Shown piece by piece: positions 28,812-39,252 of a stretch of DNA of 64,000 nt. The stretch comes from an uncultured Gammaproteobacteria bacterium. Lineage in GTDB: Bacteria > Pseudomonadota > Gammaproteobacteria > Natronospirales > REEB76. Positions within the stretch are counted from its first letter, which is position 1. Every line of letters begins with the position of its first letter. The notes under the pieces were generated by a model that saw only the letters and a program-made list of their open reading frames with translations, made no database searches and had not been told where the DNA came from. Made by a program: the position numbers and the translations under genes. Where the stretch lies: positions 435 through 64,434 of the forward strand of contig CAZPAO010000010.1 of the NCBI GenBank assembly GCA_964584665.1, written 5' to 3'.

Positions 28812-29795
28812 ATGAATCCCCGCCTACCGGCCGAAAACCCCGCCGAAGAAGTGCACGAGTCCGAGGTGTCCCAGGAACTGTCGGGACAGCGCTTCGACCA
28901 GGCCCTGGCGCGGCTTTTCCCCGAATATTCCCGCAGCCGCCTGAGCCAATGGATCAAGGACGGCCGGGTGCTGCTGGATGGGCAGCCGGCGCGCCCGCGC
29001 GATGCGGTGATGGGCGGGCAGAAGGTGCGGCTCACGGTGGTGGAGGAGGCCATCTCGGACGTGGGTCCCGAGGCACTGCCCCTGACGGTCGTCTACGAGG
29101 ATGCCGCGCTCATCGTGGTGAACAAGCCCGCGGGGCTCGTGGTGCATCCCGGCGCCGGTAACCGGGCTGGGACGCTGCAGAACGCGCTCCTGCACCATGC
29201 GCCGGAACTGGCGCAGGTGCCGCGCTCCGGTCTCGTGCACCGCATCGACAAGGATACCTCGGGTCTCCTGGTGGTGGCCCGCACCCTCGAATCCCACACC
29301 AAGCTCGTGGCCGCGCTGCAGGCGCGCGAGTTCGAGCGCGGCTACGTGGCAGTGGCCATGGGCGTGATGACCGGCGGCGGCACCATCGATGCGCCCCTGG
29401 GCCGTCACGCCACGGACCGGCTGCGCATGAGTGTGCGGGAGGGCGGCCGCGAGGCCGTGACCCACTACCGGGTGCTGAAGCGATTCCGTGCCCATACCTA
29501 TATAAGCGTGCAGCTGGAGACCGGCCGCACCCATCAGATCCGTGTGCATCTCGCGCACATCCGCTATCCGTTGGTGGGGGACTCGGTCTACGGCCGGCGC
29601 CTGGCGTTACCTCCTGGAGCCACGCCACTGCTCAAGGAGGCATTGCATGCCTTCCGCCGCCAGGCGCTGCATGCCCAGAGCCTCGGTCTCATGCACCCCG
29701 TGAGCGGCGAGATGATGAAGTGGGAAGCGCCTCCGCCCGCGGATTTCCAGGGACTGCTGGCTGCGCTGGAGGACGATCTCGCCCATGCGCGCTGA
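28812..29795 (+). CDS. rluD: 23S rRNA pseudouridine synthase RluD
   Basis: S4 domain at the N-terminus. Catalytic motif 'GLVHRIDKDTSGLLVVA' and 'TGRTHQIRVHLAHIRYPLVGD'. Confidence 0.93.
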   Translation: MNPRLPAENPAEEVHESEVSQELSGQRFDQALARLFPEYSRSRLSQWIKDGRVLLDGQPARPRDAVMGGQKVRLTVVEEAISDVGPEALPLTVVYEDAALIVVNKPAGLVVHPGAGNRAGTLQNALLHHAPELAQVPRSGLVHRIDKDTSGLLVVARTLESHTKLVAALQAREFERGYVAVAMGVMTGGGTIDAPLGRHATDRLRMSVREGGREAVTHYRVLKRFRAHTYISVQLETGRTHQIRVHLAHIRYPLVGDSVYGRRLALPPGATPLLKEALHAFRRQALHAQSLGLMHPVSGEMMKWEAPPPADFQGLLAALEDDLAHAR

Positions 29796-30522
29796 ATGGC
29801 TGCGGCCTGACTGGCCCGCCCCGGCTCAGGTGCGCGCCTTGAGCACCACGCGCGCAGGTGGCGTGAGCGAAGGTGTGTATGCCTCCCTCAACCTCGGCGA
29901 ACACGTGGCCGATGCACCCGCGGCCGTGGCGGAGAACCGCCGGCGGCTGCAGGCGGAGATCGGTACTACGCATCCGCGCTGGCTCGCGCAAGTGCATGGC
30001 ACGCGGGTGGCATCCCTGGGCGGTGCTGCAGTGAAGGAACCGGCCGATGCTTCCGTGACAGCGAAGGCAGGCGAAGCCTGCGTCATCATGACCGCCGATT
30101 GCCTGCCGGTGCTCTTCTGCGATCGCAGCGGTACCGAGGTAGGCGCGGCCCATGCCGGTTGGCGCGGCTTGTCAGCGGGTGTGCTGGAGACCACGGTGGC
30201 GGCCATGCAGGCGGGGCCCGCCGAGTTGCTGGCTTGGATGGGGCCGGCCATCGGACCGCGGTCCTATGAGGTGGGGGACGAGGTGCGCCAGGCCTTCCTC
30301 GCTTCGGCGCCTGAAGCGGCCCAGGCGTTCCGGCCCGGCAAGGAACGGGGCAAATGGCGCTGCGACCTTTATCTCCTGGCGCGGCAGCGCCTGGAGGCAG
30401 TGGGTGTGAAGGAGATCTATGGCGGTGGTCTCTGCACCTATACCGACAAGGACAGGTTCTTCTCTTTCAGGCGCGATGGGCAGACGGGCCGGATGGCGAC
30501 CCTCATATATATGGAAGGGTGA
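29785..30522 (+). CDS. pgeF: YfiH/PgeF family purine nucleoside phosphorylase / peptidoglycan editing factor
   Basis: 245 aa with 'TTRAGGVS...YASLNLG', 'TADCLPVLF' and 'HAGWRG'. Conserved rluD-yfiH linkage. Confidence 0.88.
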   Translation: MRAEWLRPDWPAPAQVRALSTTRAGGVSEGVYASLNLGEHVADAPAAVAENRRRLQAEIGTTHPRWLAQVHGTRVASLGGAAVKEPADASVTAKAGEACVIMTADCLPVLFCDRSGTEVGAAHAGWRGLSAGVLETTVAAMQAGPAELLAWMGPAIGPRSYEVGDEVRQAFLASAPEAAQAFRPGKERGKWRCDLYLLARQRLEAVGVKEIYGGGLCTYTDKDRFFSFRRDGQTGRMATLIYMEG

Positions 30523-32442
30523 TCAGCCCACAGCTTCGAGCGCGGCCTGCTTCTCCAGCCATTCCGCTTCCACTTTCTCCAGCTCCTTCTTCACTTCCGT
30601 CTGCTTGCGCAGGCTCTCCGTGAGCAGGGCCTTGTTGGCATCCTGGTAGGTCTTCTCATCCGCCAGCAGCGCGTCCAGCCGCGCCTTCTCGGCGTTGAGT
30701 TTCTCCAGGCGCTTCTCCAGGGCCGTGATCTCCTTCTGCAGGGGCTTGCGCAGTTCGGCCAGGCGCTGGCGCTCCTGGGCTTCCACCCGGCGCTGCTCCT
30801 TGCGGTCGCTGCCCGAGTCCTTCGCGGTGGACTGGCCGGTGAGGCCGGCGCGGCGCGCCGCCGCGTTCTGCAGCAACCAGACCCGGTATTCATCCAGGTC
30901 CCCGTCGAAGGGCGTGAGTTTGCCGTTGCCGACGAGCATGAACTCATCTGCGCAGGCCCTGAGCAGATGCCGGTCGTGGGACACGAGTATCAGGGTGCCT
31001 TCGAACTGGGCCAGGGCCACCGTGAGGGCCTCGCGCATGTCGAGATCCAAGTGGTTGGTGGGCTCGTCCAATAACAAGAGGTTGGGGCGCTGCCAAATGA
31101 GCAGCGCCAGCGCGAGCCGCGCCTTCTCGCCGCCGGAGAAGGGGCCCACCGGGGACATGGCCATCTCGCCGCGGAAATTGAAGGAGCCGAGGAAATCCCG
31201 GAGATCCTGATCCCGCACGCCAGGAGCGATGGCCGAGAGTTGCTGCAGCGGCGAGCGGTCCTCGCGCAGCGTCTCCAGCTGATGCTGGGCGAAGTAACCG
31301 ATGGCGAGCCCCTTGCCCTGGCCGATGCGGCCCTTGAGCGGCGCGAGGGTCGCGGCGAGGGTCTTCACCAGGGTGGACTTGCCCTGGCCGTTGGCGCCGA
31401 GCAGCCCGATGCGCTGGCCGTTCAGCAGAGAGAACTCCAGGCCGCCGAGGATGAGCTTCTCGCCCTTGTCGGTCTGGTATCCGCAATCCACATGTTCCAG
31501 CGTCATCATGGGGCTGGGGGAAGCGAGGGGTTCCCGGAACTCGAAGCTGAAGGGGGAACTCACATGCACCGGTGCGAGCTTCTCCATCTTCTCCAGCATC
31601 TTGATGCGGCTCTGGGCCTGGCGTGCCTTGCTGGCCTTGTAGCGGAAGCGGTCCACGAAGCTCTGCAGGTGCGACACCTCGCGCTGCTGGCGCTCGTAGG
31701 CGGACTGCTGCAGCACCAGTTGTTCAGCGCGGCGCGTCTCGAAGGCGCTGTAGTTGCCGGTGTAGCGCTTGATCTGACGGTTCTCGAGATGGAGCGTCAC
31801 GTCGCAGATGCCGTCCAGGAACTCCCGGTCGTGGGAGATGATGAACAGCGTGCCGGCGTAGCGCTTCAACCAGTCTTCCAGCCAGACTATGGCATCCAGG
31901 TCGAGATGGTTGGTGGGCTCGTCCAATAAAAGCAGGTCGGACGGACACATCAGCGCCTGCGCGAGGTTGAGGCGCATGCGCCAGCCGCCGGAGAAGCTCG
32001 CCACCGGCTGCTCGATCTCGGCCAGCGTGAACCCGAGCCCCATGAGCAGGGCGCTGGCGCGGGAGGCGGCGGTATAGCCGTCCGCGTCCGCATAGGCGAT
32101 GTGGGCTTCGGCTTCAGCGTTGCCGTCATGGGCCGCCTGGGCTTTCGCCATGCGCACCTCGATCTCCCGCAGGCGCGTGTCGCCGTCCAGGGCATAGTCG
32201 AGTGCGCTGCGCTCCACCGGCGGTGTCTCCTGGGCCACGTGGGCCACGCGCCAGGCTGCAGGGATGTATAGCTCGCCCGCGTCGGAATGCAGCTTGCCGC
32301 GCAGGAGCGAGAACAGGGTGGACTTGCCGGAGCCGTTGGAGCCCACGAGACCGGCCTTTTCGCCGGGGTGGACCACGGCGCTGGCGTTCTCGAACAGCGG
32401 CTTGGTGCCGCGCTGCAGGGTGAGGGATTCGATGCGGATCAC
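30523..32442 (-). CDS. ABC-F family ATPase (YheS-like, two ABC domains + C-terminal coiled coil)
   Basis: GTG start at 32442 ('VIRIESLTLQRG'). Two Walker A motifs ('GSNGSGKST' and 'GANGQGKST'), two signature motifs ('FSGGWRMR' and 'FSGGEKARL') and a Lys/Glu-rich coiled-coil tail. No TM domain. The track ORF to 33084 is a 5' over-extension. Confidence 0.9.
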   Translation of the reverse strand: MIRIESLTLQRGTKPLFENASAVVHPGEKAGLVGSNGSGKSTLFSLLRGKLHSDAGELYIPAAWRVAHVAQETPPVERSALDYALDGDTRLREIEVRMAKAQAAHDGNAEAEAHIAYADADGYTAASRASALLMGLGFTLAEIEQPVASFSGGWRMRLNLAQALMCPSDLLLLDEPTNHLDLDAIVWLEDWLKRYAGTLFIISHDREFLDGICDVTLHLENRQIKRYTGNYSAFETRRAEQLVLQQSAYERQQREVSHLQSFVDRFRYKASKARQAQSRIKMLEKMEKLAPVHVSSPFSFEFREPLASPSPMMTLEHVDCGYQTDKGEKLILGGLEFSLLNGQRIGLLGANGQGKSTLVKTLAATLAPLKGRIGQGKGLAIGYFAQHQLETLREDRSPLQQLSAIAPGVRDQDLRDFLGSFNFRGEMAMSPVGPFSGGEKARLALALLIWQRPNLLLLDEPTNHLDLDMREALTVALAQFEGTLILVSHDRHLLRACADEFMLVGNGKLTPFDGDLDEYRVWLLQNAAARRAGLTGQSTAKDSGSDRKEQRRVEAQERQRLAELRKPLQKEITALEKRLEKLNAEKARLDALLADEKTYQDANKALLTESLRKQTEVKKELEKVEAEWLEKQAALEAVG

Positions 32443-32536
32443 GGGGGTTCTGGATGGTGCGGCCGGGCGCGCATTGTACCGGAACCCGGCCGGAAGCTGC
32501 CGTGGCGCCGGCGGGCGGGGTAGAATCCGCGCCAGT

Positions 32537-33307
32537 ATGGACCTGTTGCTCTGGATCATCCCCGCGACGCTGCTGGGGGCCGTGCTGAGCGCGCTCCTGG
32601 CCTCGGTATTGCTCCTGTTCCCGGCGCGCATCCGCACGCTGCTCCTGCCCTCGCTGGTGAGCTTCGCCGTCGGCGCGCTCCTGGGCGCAGCCTTCCTGGA
32701 CCTCCTGCCGGAAGCGCTGCACAACGCGAGCCCCTCCCAGGTGCAGGGCGTGGGCCTCGCCATCGCCCTCGGGGTGCTGGGCTTCTTCCTGCTGGAGAAG
32801 CTCGCCTTCTGGCACCACGGGCATGAAGGCCACCTGGACCATGACGAGCTGCGCAAGCACGCCGCCGGCACCATGATCCTGGTGGGCACCGGGCTGCATA
32901 ACCTGCTGGACGGCGTGTTGCTGGGCGCCACCTTCCTCACCAGCGTGCATCTCGGGGTGGTGCTGGCCATCGCCATCATCGCGCACCAGATCCCGCAACA
33001 GGTGGGGGACATCTCGGTGCTGTTGTCGGCAGGCGTGGCCCGCGGTCGGGCGCTCATGCTCTCGGCGCTCTCCGGCGCCACCATGGTGGTGGGCGGCGTG
33101 GCGGCCTACTTCCTGCTCGGAGCAGTGCAGGGCTATATCCCCTACGTGCTCGCCATCGCCGCCGCCAGCCTCATCTACGTGGCGGTTGCGGACCTCATCC
33201 CCGGCCTGCACCGCCATGAGGGAGCCCGCCTCTCGTTCCTGACCGTCATCCTCATCGGGGCCGGCATCGGCTTGATCTGGGTCATCCAGGCTGCCCTAGG
33301 CGGATAG
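32537..33307 (+). CDS. ZIP family divalent-metal (zinc) transporter
   Basis: 256 aa polytopic protein. His-rich loop 'HHGHEGHLDHDE'. ZIP signature helices 'GLHNLLDGVLLGA' and 'IIAHQIPQQVGD'. Confidence 0.85.
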   Translation: MDLLLWIIPATLLGAVLSALLASVLLLFPARIRTLLLPSLVSFAVGALLGAAFLDLLPEALHNASPSQVQGVGLAIALGVLGFFLLEKLAFWHHGHEGHLDHDELRKHAAGTMILVGTGLHNLLDGVLLGATFLTSVHLGVVLAIAIIAHQIPQQVGDISVLLSAGVARGRALMLSALSGATMVVGGVAAYFLLGAVQGYIPYVLAIAAASLIYVAVADLIPGLHRHEGARLSFLTVILIGAGIGLIWVIQAALGG

Positions 33308-33328
33308 CCGGGCTGGGCGATCGGCGCG

Positions 33329-33357
33329 GTTGAAAACCCCGTCCTAGACCCCTATTT
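33329..33357 (+). promoter_or_regulatory. Sigma-32 (RpoH) heat-shock promoter candidate for clpB
   Basis: GTTGAAA (33329-35), a 13-nt spacer, then CCCCTATTT (33349-57). This matches CTTGAAA-N13/14-CCCCATNT. It is ~63 nt upstream of the clpB ATG. Confidence 0.5.
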
Positions 33358-33419
33358 ATTGTCTATACCAGTTTGCCCCTTCGATTTAGGGGCCTAGACT
33401 CTTTTTGAGAGCCAAAACA

Positions 33420-36026
33420 ATGCGTATAGATAAGCTCACCAGCAAGTTCCAGATGGCCCTGGCCGACGCCCAGTCCCTGGCCGTGGGGCAGGACCACGCT
33501 TATATGGAGCCGGTGCACCTCATGCTCGCGCTCCTGGACCAGGAGGGCGGCAGCGTGCGCCCCCTGCTCACCAAGGTGGGGGCCAACCTCAACCTCTTGC
33601 GCAACGCCCTGGATACCCAGCTGGACAAGTTGCCCACGGTGCAGGGCTCGAGCGGTGACGTGCAGGTGTCCCAGGATCTCAACCGCCTGCTCAACCTCAC
33701 GGACAAGCTGGCGCAGAAGCGCCAGGATCAGTTCATCTCCTCCGAACTCTTCGTGCTCGCGGCTGTGGACGCCAAGGGTCCGTTGGGCGATGCGCTCAAG
33801 GAATCAGGCGCCACCAGGGCCGCCATCGAGAAGGCGGTGGAGGAGTTGCGCGGCGGCCAGCAGGTGAACGACGCCGGCGCAGAGGACCAGCGCCAGGCGC
33901 TGGAGAAGTACACCATCGACCTCACCGCCCGTGCCGAGTCCGGCAAGCTGGATCCCGTGATCGGCCGCGATGATGAGATCCGCCGCACCATCCAGGTCTT
34001 GCAGCGGCGCACCAAGAACAACCCCGTGCTCATCGGCGAACCCGGCGTCGGCAAGACCGCCATCGTCGAGGGCCTGGCCCAGCGCATCATCAACGGTGAG
34101 GTGCCGGAGGGTCTCAAGGGCAAGCGCGTGCTGACGCTCGACATGGGCTCGCTGCTGGCCGGCACCAAGTTCCGCGGCGAGTTCGAGGAACGCCTGAAGG
34201 GCGTGCTCAAGGACATCGGCAAGGCGGAAGGCCGCATCATCCTCTTCATCGACGAGATCCACACCATGGTGGGCGCCGGCAAGGCCGAAGGCTCCATGGA
34301 TGCCGGCAACATGCTGAAGCCCGCGTTGGCGCGCGGCGAGCTGCACTGCGTGGGCGCCACCACCCTGGATGAATACCGCCAGTATGTGGAGAAGGACGCG
34401 GCGCTCGAGCGGCGTTTCCAGAAAGTGCTGGTGGACGAGCCCAGCCTCGAGGACACCATCGCTATCCTGCGCGGCCTCAACGAACGCTACGAGGTGCACC
34501 ACGGCGTCGAGATCACCGATCCCGCCATCGTGGCCGCGGCCACGCTCTCGCACCGTTACATCGCCGACCGGCAGTTGCCGGACAAGGCCATCGACCTGAT
34601 AGATGAAGCGGCGAGCCGTATCCGGATGGAACTGGATTCCAAGCCCGAGGTCATGGACAAACTGGACCGCCGGCTCATCCAGCTCAAGATCGAGCGCGAG
34701 GCCCTCAAGAAAGAGAAAGACGAAGCCTCCAAGCGCCGTCTGGCCACCCTCGAGGACGAGATCAAGAAACTCGAGCGCGAGTACTCCGACTTCGAGGAAG
34801 TCTGGAAGGCCGAGAAGGCCCAGGTGCAGGGCGCGAGCCAGATTAAGGAAGCTTTGGAGAAAGCCAAGGCGGAGTTGGAGACGGCGCGCCGCGCGGGTGA
34901 CCTCTCGCGCATGTCCGAGATCCAGTACGGGCGCATCCCGGAGTTGGAGAAGAAGCTCACCGTGGCCAGCGCCGCCGAGAACCAGCCCACGCAGTTGCTG
35001 CGCAACAAGGTGACGGCCGAGGAGATCGCGGAAGTGGTCTCCCGCTGGACCGGCATCCCCGTGTCCAAGATGCTGGAGGGCGAGAAGGAGAAACTACTGC
35101 GCATGGAGGACTCCCTCAAGACCCGCGTGGTAGGCCAGGAGGAAGCGGTACGCGCGGTGGCGAACGCCATCCGCCGCTCCCGCGCCGGTCTCGCGGACCC
35201 GCACCGGCCCTTGGGTTCCTTCCTGTTCCTGGGGCCCACCGGCGTCGGCAAGACCGAACTCACCAAGGCCCTGGCCTGGTTCCTGTTCGACACCGAGGAG
35301 TCCATGGTGCGCATCGACATGAGCGAGTTCATGGAGAAGCACTCCGTGGCGCGGCTCATCGGCGCGCCGCCGGGCTACGTGGGCTACGAAGAGGGCGGTT
35401 ACCTGACCGAAGCCGTGCGCCGCAAGCCCTATTCTGTGATCCTGCTGGACGAGGTGGAGAAGGCGCACCCGGACGTGTTCGGCGTGCTCTTGCAGGTGCT
35501 GGATGACGGCCGCCTCACGGACGGCCAGGGCCGCACCGTGAGCTTCAAGAACACGGTGATCGTCATGACCTCGAACCTGGGTTCCCAGGTGATCCAGGAG
35601 ATGAGCGGCGAGGAGAACTACGAGAAGATGAAGGACAAGGTGATGGAGATCGTGGGCGGCCACTTCCGCCCCGAGTTCATCAACCGCGTGGATGAGACGG
35701 TGGTGTTCCACCCGCTCGGCCAGTCGCAGATCCGGTCCATCGCCCGTATCCAGATCGAGCATCTATATAAGCGTCTGGCTGACAAGGACATCGGCCTGGA
35801 AGTCAGCGAAGCCGCCCTGGACAAGCTCGGCAAGGCCGGCTTCGACCCGGTCTACGGTGCGCGACCCCTCAAGCGCGCCATCCAGCAGCAGCTGGAGAAC
35901 CCGCTGGCCCAGAAGCTACTGGCCGGGGAGTTCGGTGCGGGCGACACCATCTCGGTGGACGCACGGGACATCGGTTTCGAGTTCCGCAAGGCCAAGCTGC
36001 CCAAGCCCAAGGCTGCCAACGGCTGA
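33420..36026 (+). CDS. clpB: Disaggregase chaperone ClpB
   Basis: '[11 protein letters not shown]', two AAA+ modules ('GEPGVGKTA' and 'GPTGVGKTE') and a long middle coiled-coil domain. 868 aa from the ATG at 33420. Confidence 0.97.
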   Translation: MRIDKLTSKFQMALADAQSLAVGQDHAYMEPVHLMLALLDQEGGSVRPLLTKVGANLNLLRNALDTQLDKLPTVQGSSGDVQVSQDLNRLLNLTDKLAQKRQDQFISSELFVLAAVDAKGPLGDALKESGATRAAIEKAVEELRGGQQVNDAGAEDQRQALEKYTIDLTARAESGKLDPVIGRDDEIRRTIQVLQRRTKNNPVLIGEPGVGKTAIVEGLAQRIINGEVPEGLKGKRVLTLDMGSLLAGTKFRGEFEERLKGVLKDIGKAEGRIILFIDEIHTMVGAGKAEGSMDAGNMLKPALARGELHCVGATTLDEYRQYVEKDAALERRFQKVLVDEPSLEDTIAILRGLNERYEVHHGVEITDPAIVAAATLSHRYIADRQLPDKAIDLIDEAASRIRMELDSKPEVMDKLDRRLIQLKIEREALKKEKDEASKRRLATLEDEIKKLEREYSDFEEVWKAEKAQVQGASQIKEALEKAKAELETARRAGDLSRMSEIQYGRIPELEKKLTVASAAENQPTQLLRNKVTAEEIAEVVSRWTGIPVSKMLEGEKEKLLRMEDSLKTRVVGQEEAVRAVANAIRRSRAGLADPHRPLGSFLFLGPTGVGKTELTKALAWFLFDTEESMVRIDMSEFMEKHSVARLIGAPPGYVGYEEGGYLTEAVRRKPYSVILLDEVEKAHPDVFGVLLQVLDDGRLTDGQGRTVSFKNTVIVMTSNLGSQVIQEMSGEENYEKMKDKVMEIVGGHFRPEFINRVDETVVFHPLGQSQIRSIARIQIEHLYKRLADKDIGLEVSEAALDKLGKAGFDPVYGARPLKRAIQQQLENPLAQKLLAGEFGAGDTISVDARDIGFEFRKAKLPKPKAANG

Positions 36027-36050
36027 GGAGCTTAGGGTCTTCAAGAAAGA

Positions 36051-36085
36051 AGAAGCCCGTCCGTGAGGACGGGCTTCTGTCTTTC
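36051..36085. terminator. Bidirectional rho-independent terminator (clpB / convergent secreted-protein gene)
   Basis: 12-bp perfect stem AGAAGCCCGTCC/GGACGGGCTTCT with a GTGA loop (36051-36078). T-rich runs are present on both strands. Confidence 0.7.
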
Positions 36086-36099
36086 AGGACCTGGAACGC

Positions 36100-37527
36100 T
36101 CAGAAGATGTGACGGCCTCCGCCGCCACCCTGATCCGAGGTACTGCATTCATCGTCGGACAGCGCCTTCACCGGCTGGAGCAGGAAGCCTGGCAGATCCG
36201 CGTCCGTGAAGGCGAACACGAAGAACTGGTTGGGGTTGTCCACGGTCACGGCGTTGTCATCCGCGACGCTCGCGAGATAATCGTTGTCGTTGGAGATATA
36301 GAGAGTGTGCTCCGTCGTGCCGCTCACCACCACGTCCGGACCGAAGCTCAGGCCCTCGAGCTTGGCGGGGATCTGGTCGGTAAGGTAGCCGTGGGACACC
36401 AGGTCCAGCTTCACGTCCAGGAACAGGGTCTTGTTGGTGATGGCGTGGGGAGCCAGGTTGGTGGCCCCACTGATGGTGGTGACGTCATCGGCGCCGCTGA
36501 TATCCACCAGGTAGATCTGCTTCACCTTGGCCACGGAGCCGTCGCCGCGACCCTTGCCGTCACGCTCATCCATGAGGAACTGGTGGTCGTTCACGGCCAC
36601 GAGGTCGCTCACGGTCACGTATTTGTTGGTGCCGGTGCTGGTGAGCGGGTAGGCGTACTCGTGAGTGGTGCCGCTCTTGATGTCGATGGTGACGAGTCGG
36701 GTGTAGGGGCCGGCGTCGCCGCCGTCCTGGATCAGGGCTTCCTGCATCACGCCCACGAGAGTCTTGCCGTCCGGGGTGATGGCAAGGCCTTCCATGCCCT
36801 TGTTGGCCACGCGGCCGGAGGTGTTGCCGGAGATCTCCACCGCGCCCTGGGCGCTCAGGTTGGTGACGGCCAGGTTGGCGGGAAGCTTGAAGGCCTTCAC
36901 GCGCACGCCGCTGACACGGTCGAACTGGTACACGAAGGGGCCGTACTCGTCAGAGATGAACACGCTCTTGCCGTCGTTGGAGACGCGGATGCTCTCGGTG
37001 TCGAAGCGGGCGTTGTTCGGGTTGGTGGACGGCTTGGAGGGATCGAAGCCGTCGGAGCGGCCCGTGAAATAGAAGCTGCGGCCGTGGTTTAGCGCCGGGA
37101 CGCCGCTACCCACCAGGTCGCCGTACACCAGCGGGGTGCTGCTGGAGAGCAGGGTGGTGTCGCGCAAGGTCGGGGTCAGCACGAAGGGCAGGGCCGAGCC
37201 GGCGTCGCTCGCAGCCAGCTTGAGGTCGAAGGTCTGGAAACGGTTGATGTAGGTGACGGTGTCATCCAGGCTGCTGTCGAAGGGTACCGCGTTGGGGCCG
37301 CGATCCGGGATGGCGAGGAAGGTGGTGCCGCCGGCCCAGGTGAGGCCGGAGCCGATGCCGCCCAGGCGGTTGCCGGCCACGCCGTTCTCCAGGGTGCCGG
37401 TGGTGGCGGAGAGGTCCTGATAGGTACCGCTGATGGAGCCCACGGCGATGAGGTCAGGTGCGGCCTGGGCGAGAGGCGCGGCGACGAGGGCCGCCAGCGC
37501 CAACGGGGCGAGTTTGATCCGGTTCAT
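36100..37527 (-). CDS. Secreted protein, probably of the 'esterase-like activity of phytase' beta-propeller family
   Basis: Signal peptide 'MNRIKLAPLALAALVAAPLAQA'. Repeated 'GMEGLAITPDG'-type and 'IPDRGPN' motifs are typical of phytase-like propellers. The family assignment rests on motif recall only. Confidence 0.45.
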   Translation of the reverse strand: MNRIKLAPLALAALVAAPLAQAAPDLIAVGSISGTYQDLSATTGTLENGVAGNRLGGIGSGLTWAGGTTFLAIPDRGPNAVPFDSSLDDTVTYINRFQTFDLKLAASDAGSALPFVLTPTLRDTTLLSSSTPLVYGDLVGSGVPALNHGRSFYFTGRSDGFDPSKPSTNPNNARFDTESIRVSNDGKSVFISDEYGPFVYQFDRVSGVRVKAFKLPANLAVTNLSAQGAVEISGNTSGRVANKGMEGLAITPDGKTLVGVMQEALIQDGGDAGPYTRLVTIDIKSGTTHEYAYPLTSTGTNKYVTVSDLVAVNDHQFLMDERDGKGRGDGSVAKVKQIYLVDISGADDVTTISGATNLAPHAITNKTLFLDVKLDLVSHGYLTDQIPAKLEGLSFGPDVVVSGTTEHTLYISNDNDYLASVADDNAVTVDNPNQFFVFAFTDADLPGFLLQPVKALSDDECSTSDQGGGGGRHIF

Positions 37528-37646
37528 GGAGGTCTCCTGGGAATGGTTGGCAAGACCGCAGGAGAGTGCTGCATGAGCGTGACGTGCCGGTGACTGGATT
37601 CTTTCAGCGCCGCGTAAAAATTATGTTGAATCTCGCCGGAGGGTTT

Positions 37647-38282
37647 TCATGCCGCGAGCCAACCGCTCAGGGCCGTGACGGTCGCCGCCAGCACCAGCAT
37701 GCCTCCCACCACTTGCCCGATGCGCGCCACGGCCGCGGGATTGCGTTCGAGATGCGCGCTGACCGCGGATGCCAGCAGCGCCACGCTGCCGTAGATGGCG
37801 ACCTGACAGACGGCGCCTATGCCCCAGAGCACGGCGCCCTGTAACCACAGCGGGCCGTATGCGGGCCTGAGGAACTGGGGGATCACCGCCAGCGTGAAGA
37901 GATAGGCGTTGGCGTTGAGGAGGTTGTTGACCACGCCCTGGCGGAAGGCGACGCGCGGCGGACGGATCGCCGCATCGGGTCGCAGCCGCAGCAGCGTCGC
38001 TTTCCTGAAGATATTCACGCCGATCCAGGCGAGGTACGCGGCTCCCGCCAGCAGCAGGAGCTTGAAGGCGGCGGGGTAGAGCGTCAGGAGCACGCTCACG
38101 CCCAGCACCGCGGCGGCCATATGGAATACCGCGCCGCTGACGATGCCCGCCACCGCGGCGAGGCCGCCGCGCCGCCCGCCCGTGAGGGCGCTCGCGAGCA
38201 CATAGGCCATGTCCATGCCCGGCAGCAGGATCACGCCGAACACAAGCAAGAAATAAACCCACAGCATCGCGGACTGGCTCAT
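37647..38282 (-). CDS. LysE/RhtB family amino-acid exporter (copy 1)
   Basis: 211 aa with six TM helices and 'PGMDMAYVL', 'FRQGVVNNLLNANAYLF', 'PQFL'. The ATG at 38282 (MSQSAML) is preferred over the longer ORF. Confidence 0.85.
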   Translation of the reverse strand: MSQSAMLWVYFLLVFGVILLPGMDMAYVLASALTGGRRGGLAAVAGIVSGAVFHMAAAVLGVSVLLTLYPAAFKLLLLAGAAYLAWIGVNIFRKATLLRLRPDAAIRPPRVAFRQGVVNNLLNANAYLFTLAVIPQFLRPAYGPLWLQGAVLWGIGAVCQVAIYGSVALLASAVSAHLERNPAAVARIGQVVGGMLVLAATVTALSGWLAA

Positions 38283-38440
38283 GCGGTCTCCAAAAAATGG
38301 ATCTTTTGTCCTCTGGCGGTGTTGCGGCCGGCCTCGCAATCCTCACGTACTGGAAAGTACGCTCCGGTATGCTCGGCCATCCGCGCCTAGCCAGAGAACA
38401 AAATCTCTCATTTTTGAGGCGATGTTTGTAGAGGTTTTAT

Positions 38441-39076
38441 TTAAACACCGCGCCAGCCGTCCACGGCGGTGAACACCGCCACCAGCACGAGCATCGCGCC
38501 CACCGCGCGGCTCACGGTCACGCCGGAAGCCGGGTTGCCTTCGAGCCAGCTGCGCACGCTGCCGGCCGCATAGGCGAGTGGCCCATATACCCCCGCCATG
38601 CTGGCGAGGATGATGAGCCACATGACGATGCCCTGGATCCACAGCGGACCGTATTCCGGCCGCAGGAACTGCGGGAACACTGCCAGCATGAAGAGATAGG
38701 CCTTGGGGTTGAGCAGGCAGGTGAGCACGCCCTGGCGGAAGGTGGCCCAGGCGGAGCGCTTGCGGCCTTCCGGATGCAGGTGGAAGGCGGAAGCGCTCCT
38801 CAGTATCGAGAAGCCGATCCAGGCGATGTAGACGGCACCCGCCAGCAGCATGAAGCGGAACGCAGCGGGATAGAGCTTCAGCAGCACGCTGATGCCGAGC
38901 ACGCCGGCGATCACGTGGCAGGTGCCGCCGGCCGCCACCCCCGCCAGTGCCATGAAGCCGGACTTGCGCCCGCCCGCGAGCGCGCTGCCGAGGATGTAGG
39001 CCATGTCCAGGCCCGGCAGCAGCATGATGCCGAGCACGAACACGAAGAAGAGCCAGAGATGGCCGTAGTCGCTCAT
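38441..39076 (-). CDS. LysE/RhtB family amino-acid exporter (copy 2)
   Basis: 211 aa, roughly half identical by eye to copy 1 ('PGLDMAYIL', 'FRQGVLTCLLNPKAYLF', 'PQFLRPEYGPLW'). Confidence 0.85.
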   Translation of the reverse strand: MSDYGHLWLFFVFVLGIMLLPGLDMAYILGSALAGGRKSGFMALAGVAAGGTCHVIAGVLGISVLLKLYPAAFRFMLLAGAVYIAWIGFSILRSASAFHLHPEGRKRSAWATFRQGVLTCLLNPKAYLFMLAVFPQFLRPEYGPLWIQGIVMWLIILASMAGVYGPLAYAAGSVRSWLEGNPASGVTVSRAVGAMLVLVAVFTAVDGWRGV

Positions 39077-39190
39077 GGGCAGGTTTCCCTCAACGCCGTT
39101 TGCAGCGGCCCATTATCGCCGTCTCGGTCCAGTCGGGTACAGCGCCGCGGAAGGGCGTGAGCGCCACGGTGCCTGCGCACGGGAGGGAAG

Positions 39191-39217
39191 CACCGCGGGC
39201 CACGGAGGCCCGCGGTG
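39191..39217 (-). terminator. GC-rich hairpin downstream of the 39253-39849 gene
   Basis: 11-bp perfect stem CACCGCGGGCC/GGCCCGCGGTG with a 5-nt loop. There is no U-tract, so terminator function is uncertain. Confidence 0.35.
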
Positions 39218-39252
39218 TGAGCGCCGATCGGATCCAGCGCAACGCGGACATC

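Noticed and set aside
36100-37527. The C-terminal '...GGGGGRHIF' of the secreted phytase-like protein as a possible sorting signal (outer-membrane C-terminal Phe signature or another anchor motif).
   Set aside because: The rest of the protein looks like a soluble beta-propeller, not a barrel. There is no hydrophobic anchor helix and no PEP-CTERM or LPXTG-type pattern. A single terminal Phe is not sufficient evidence.
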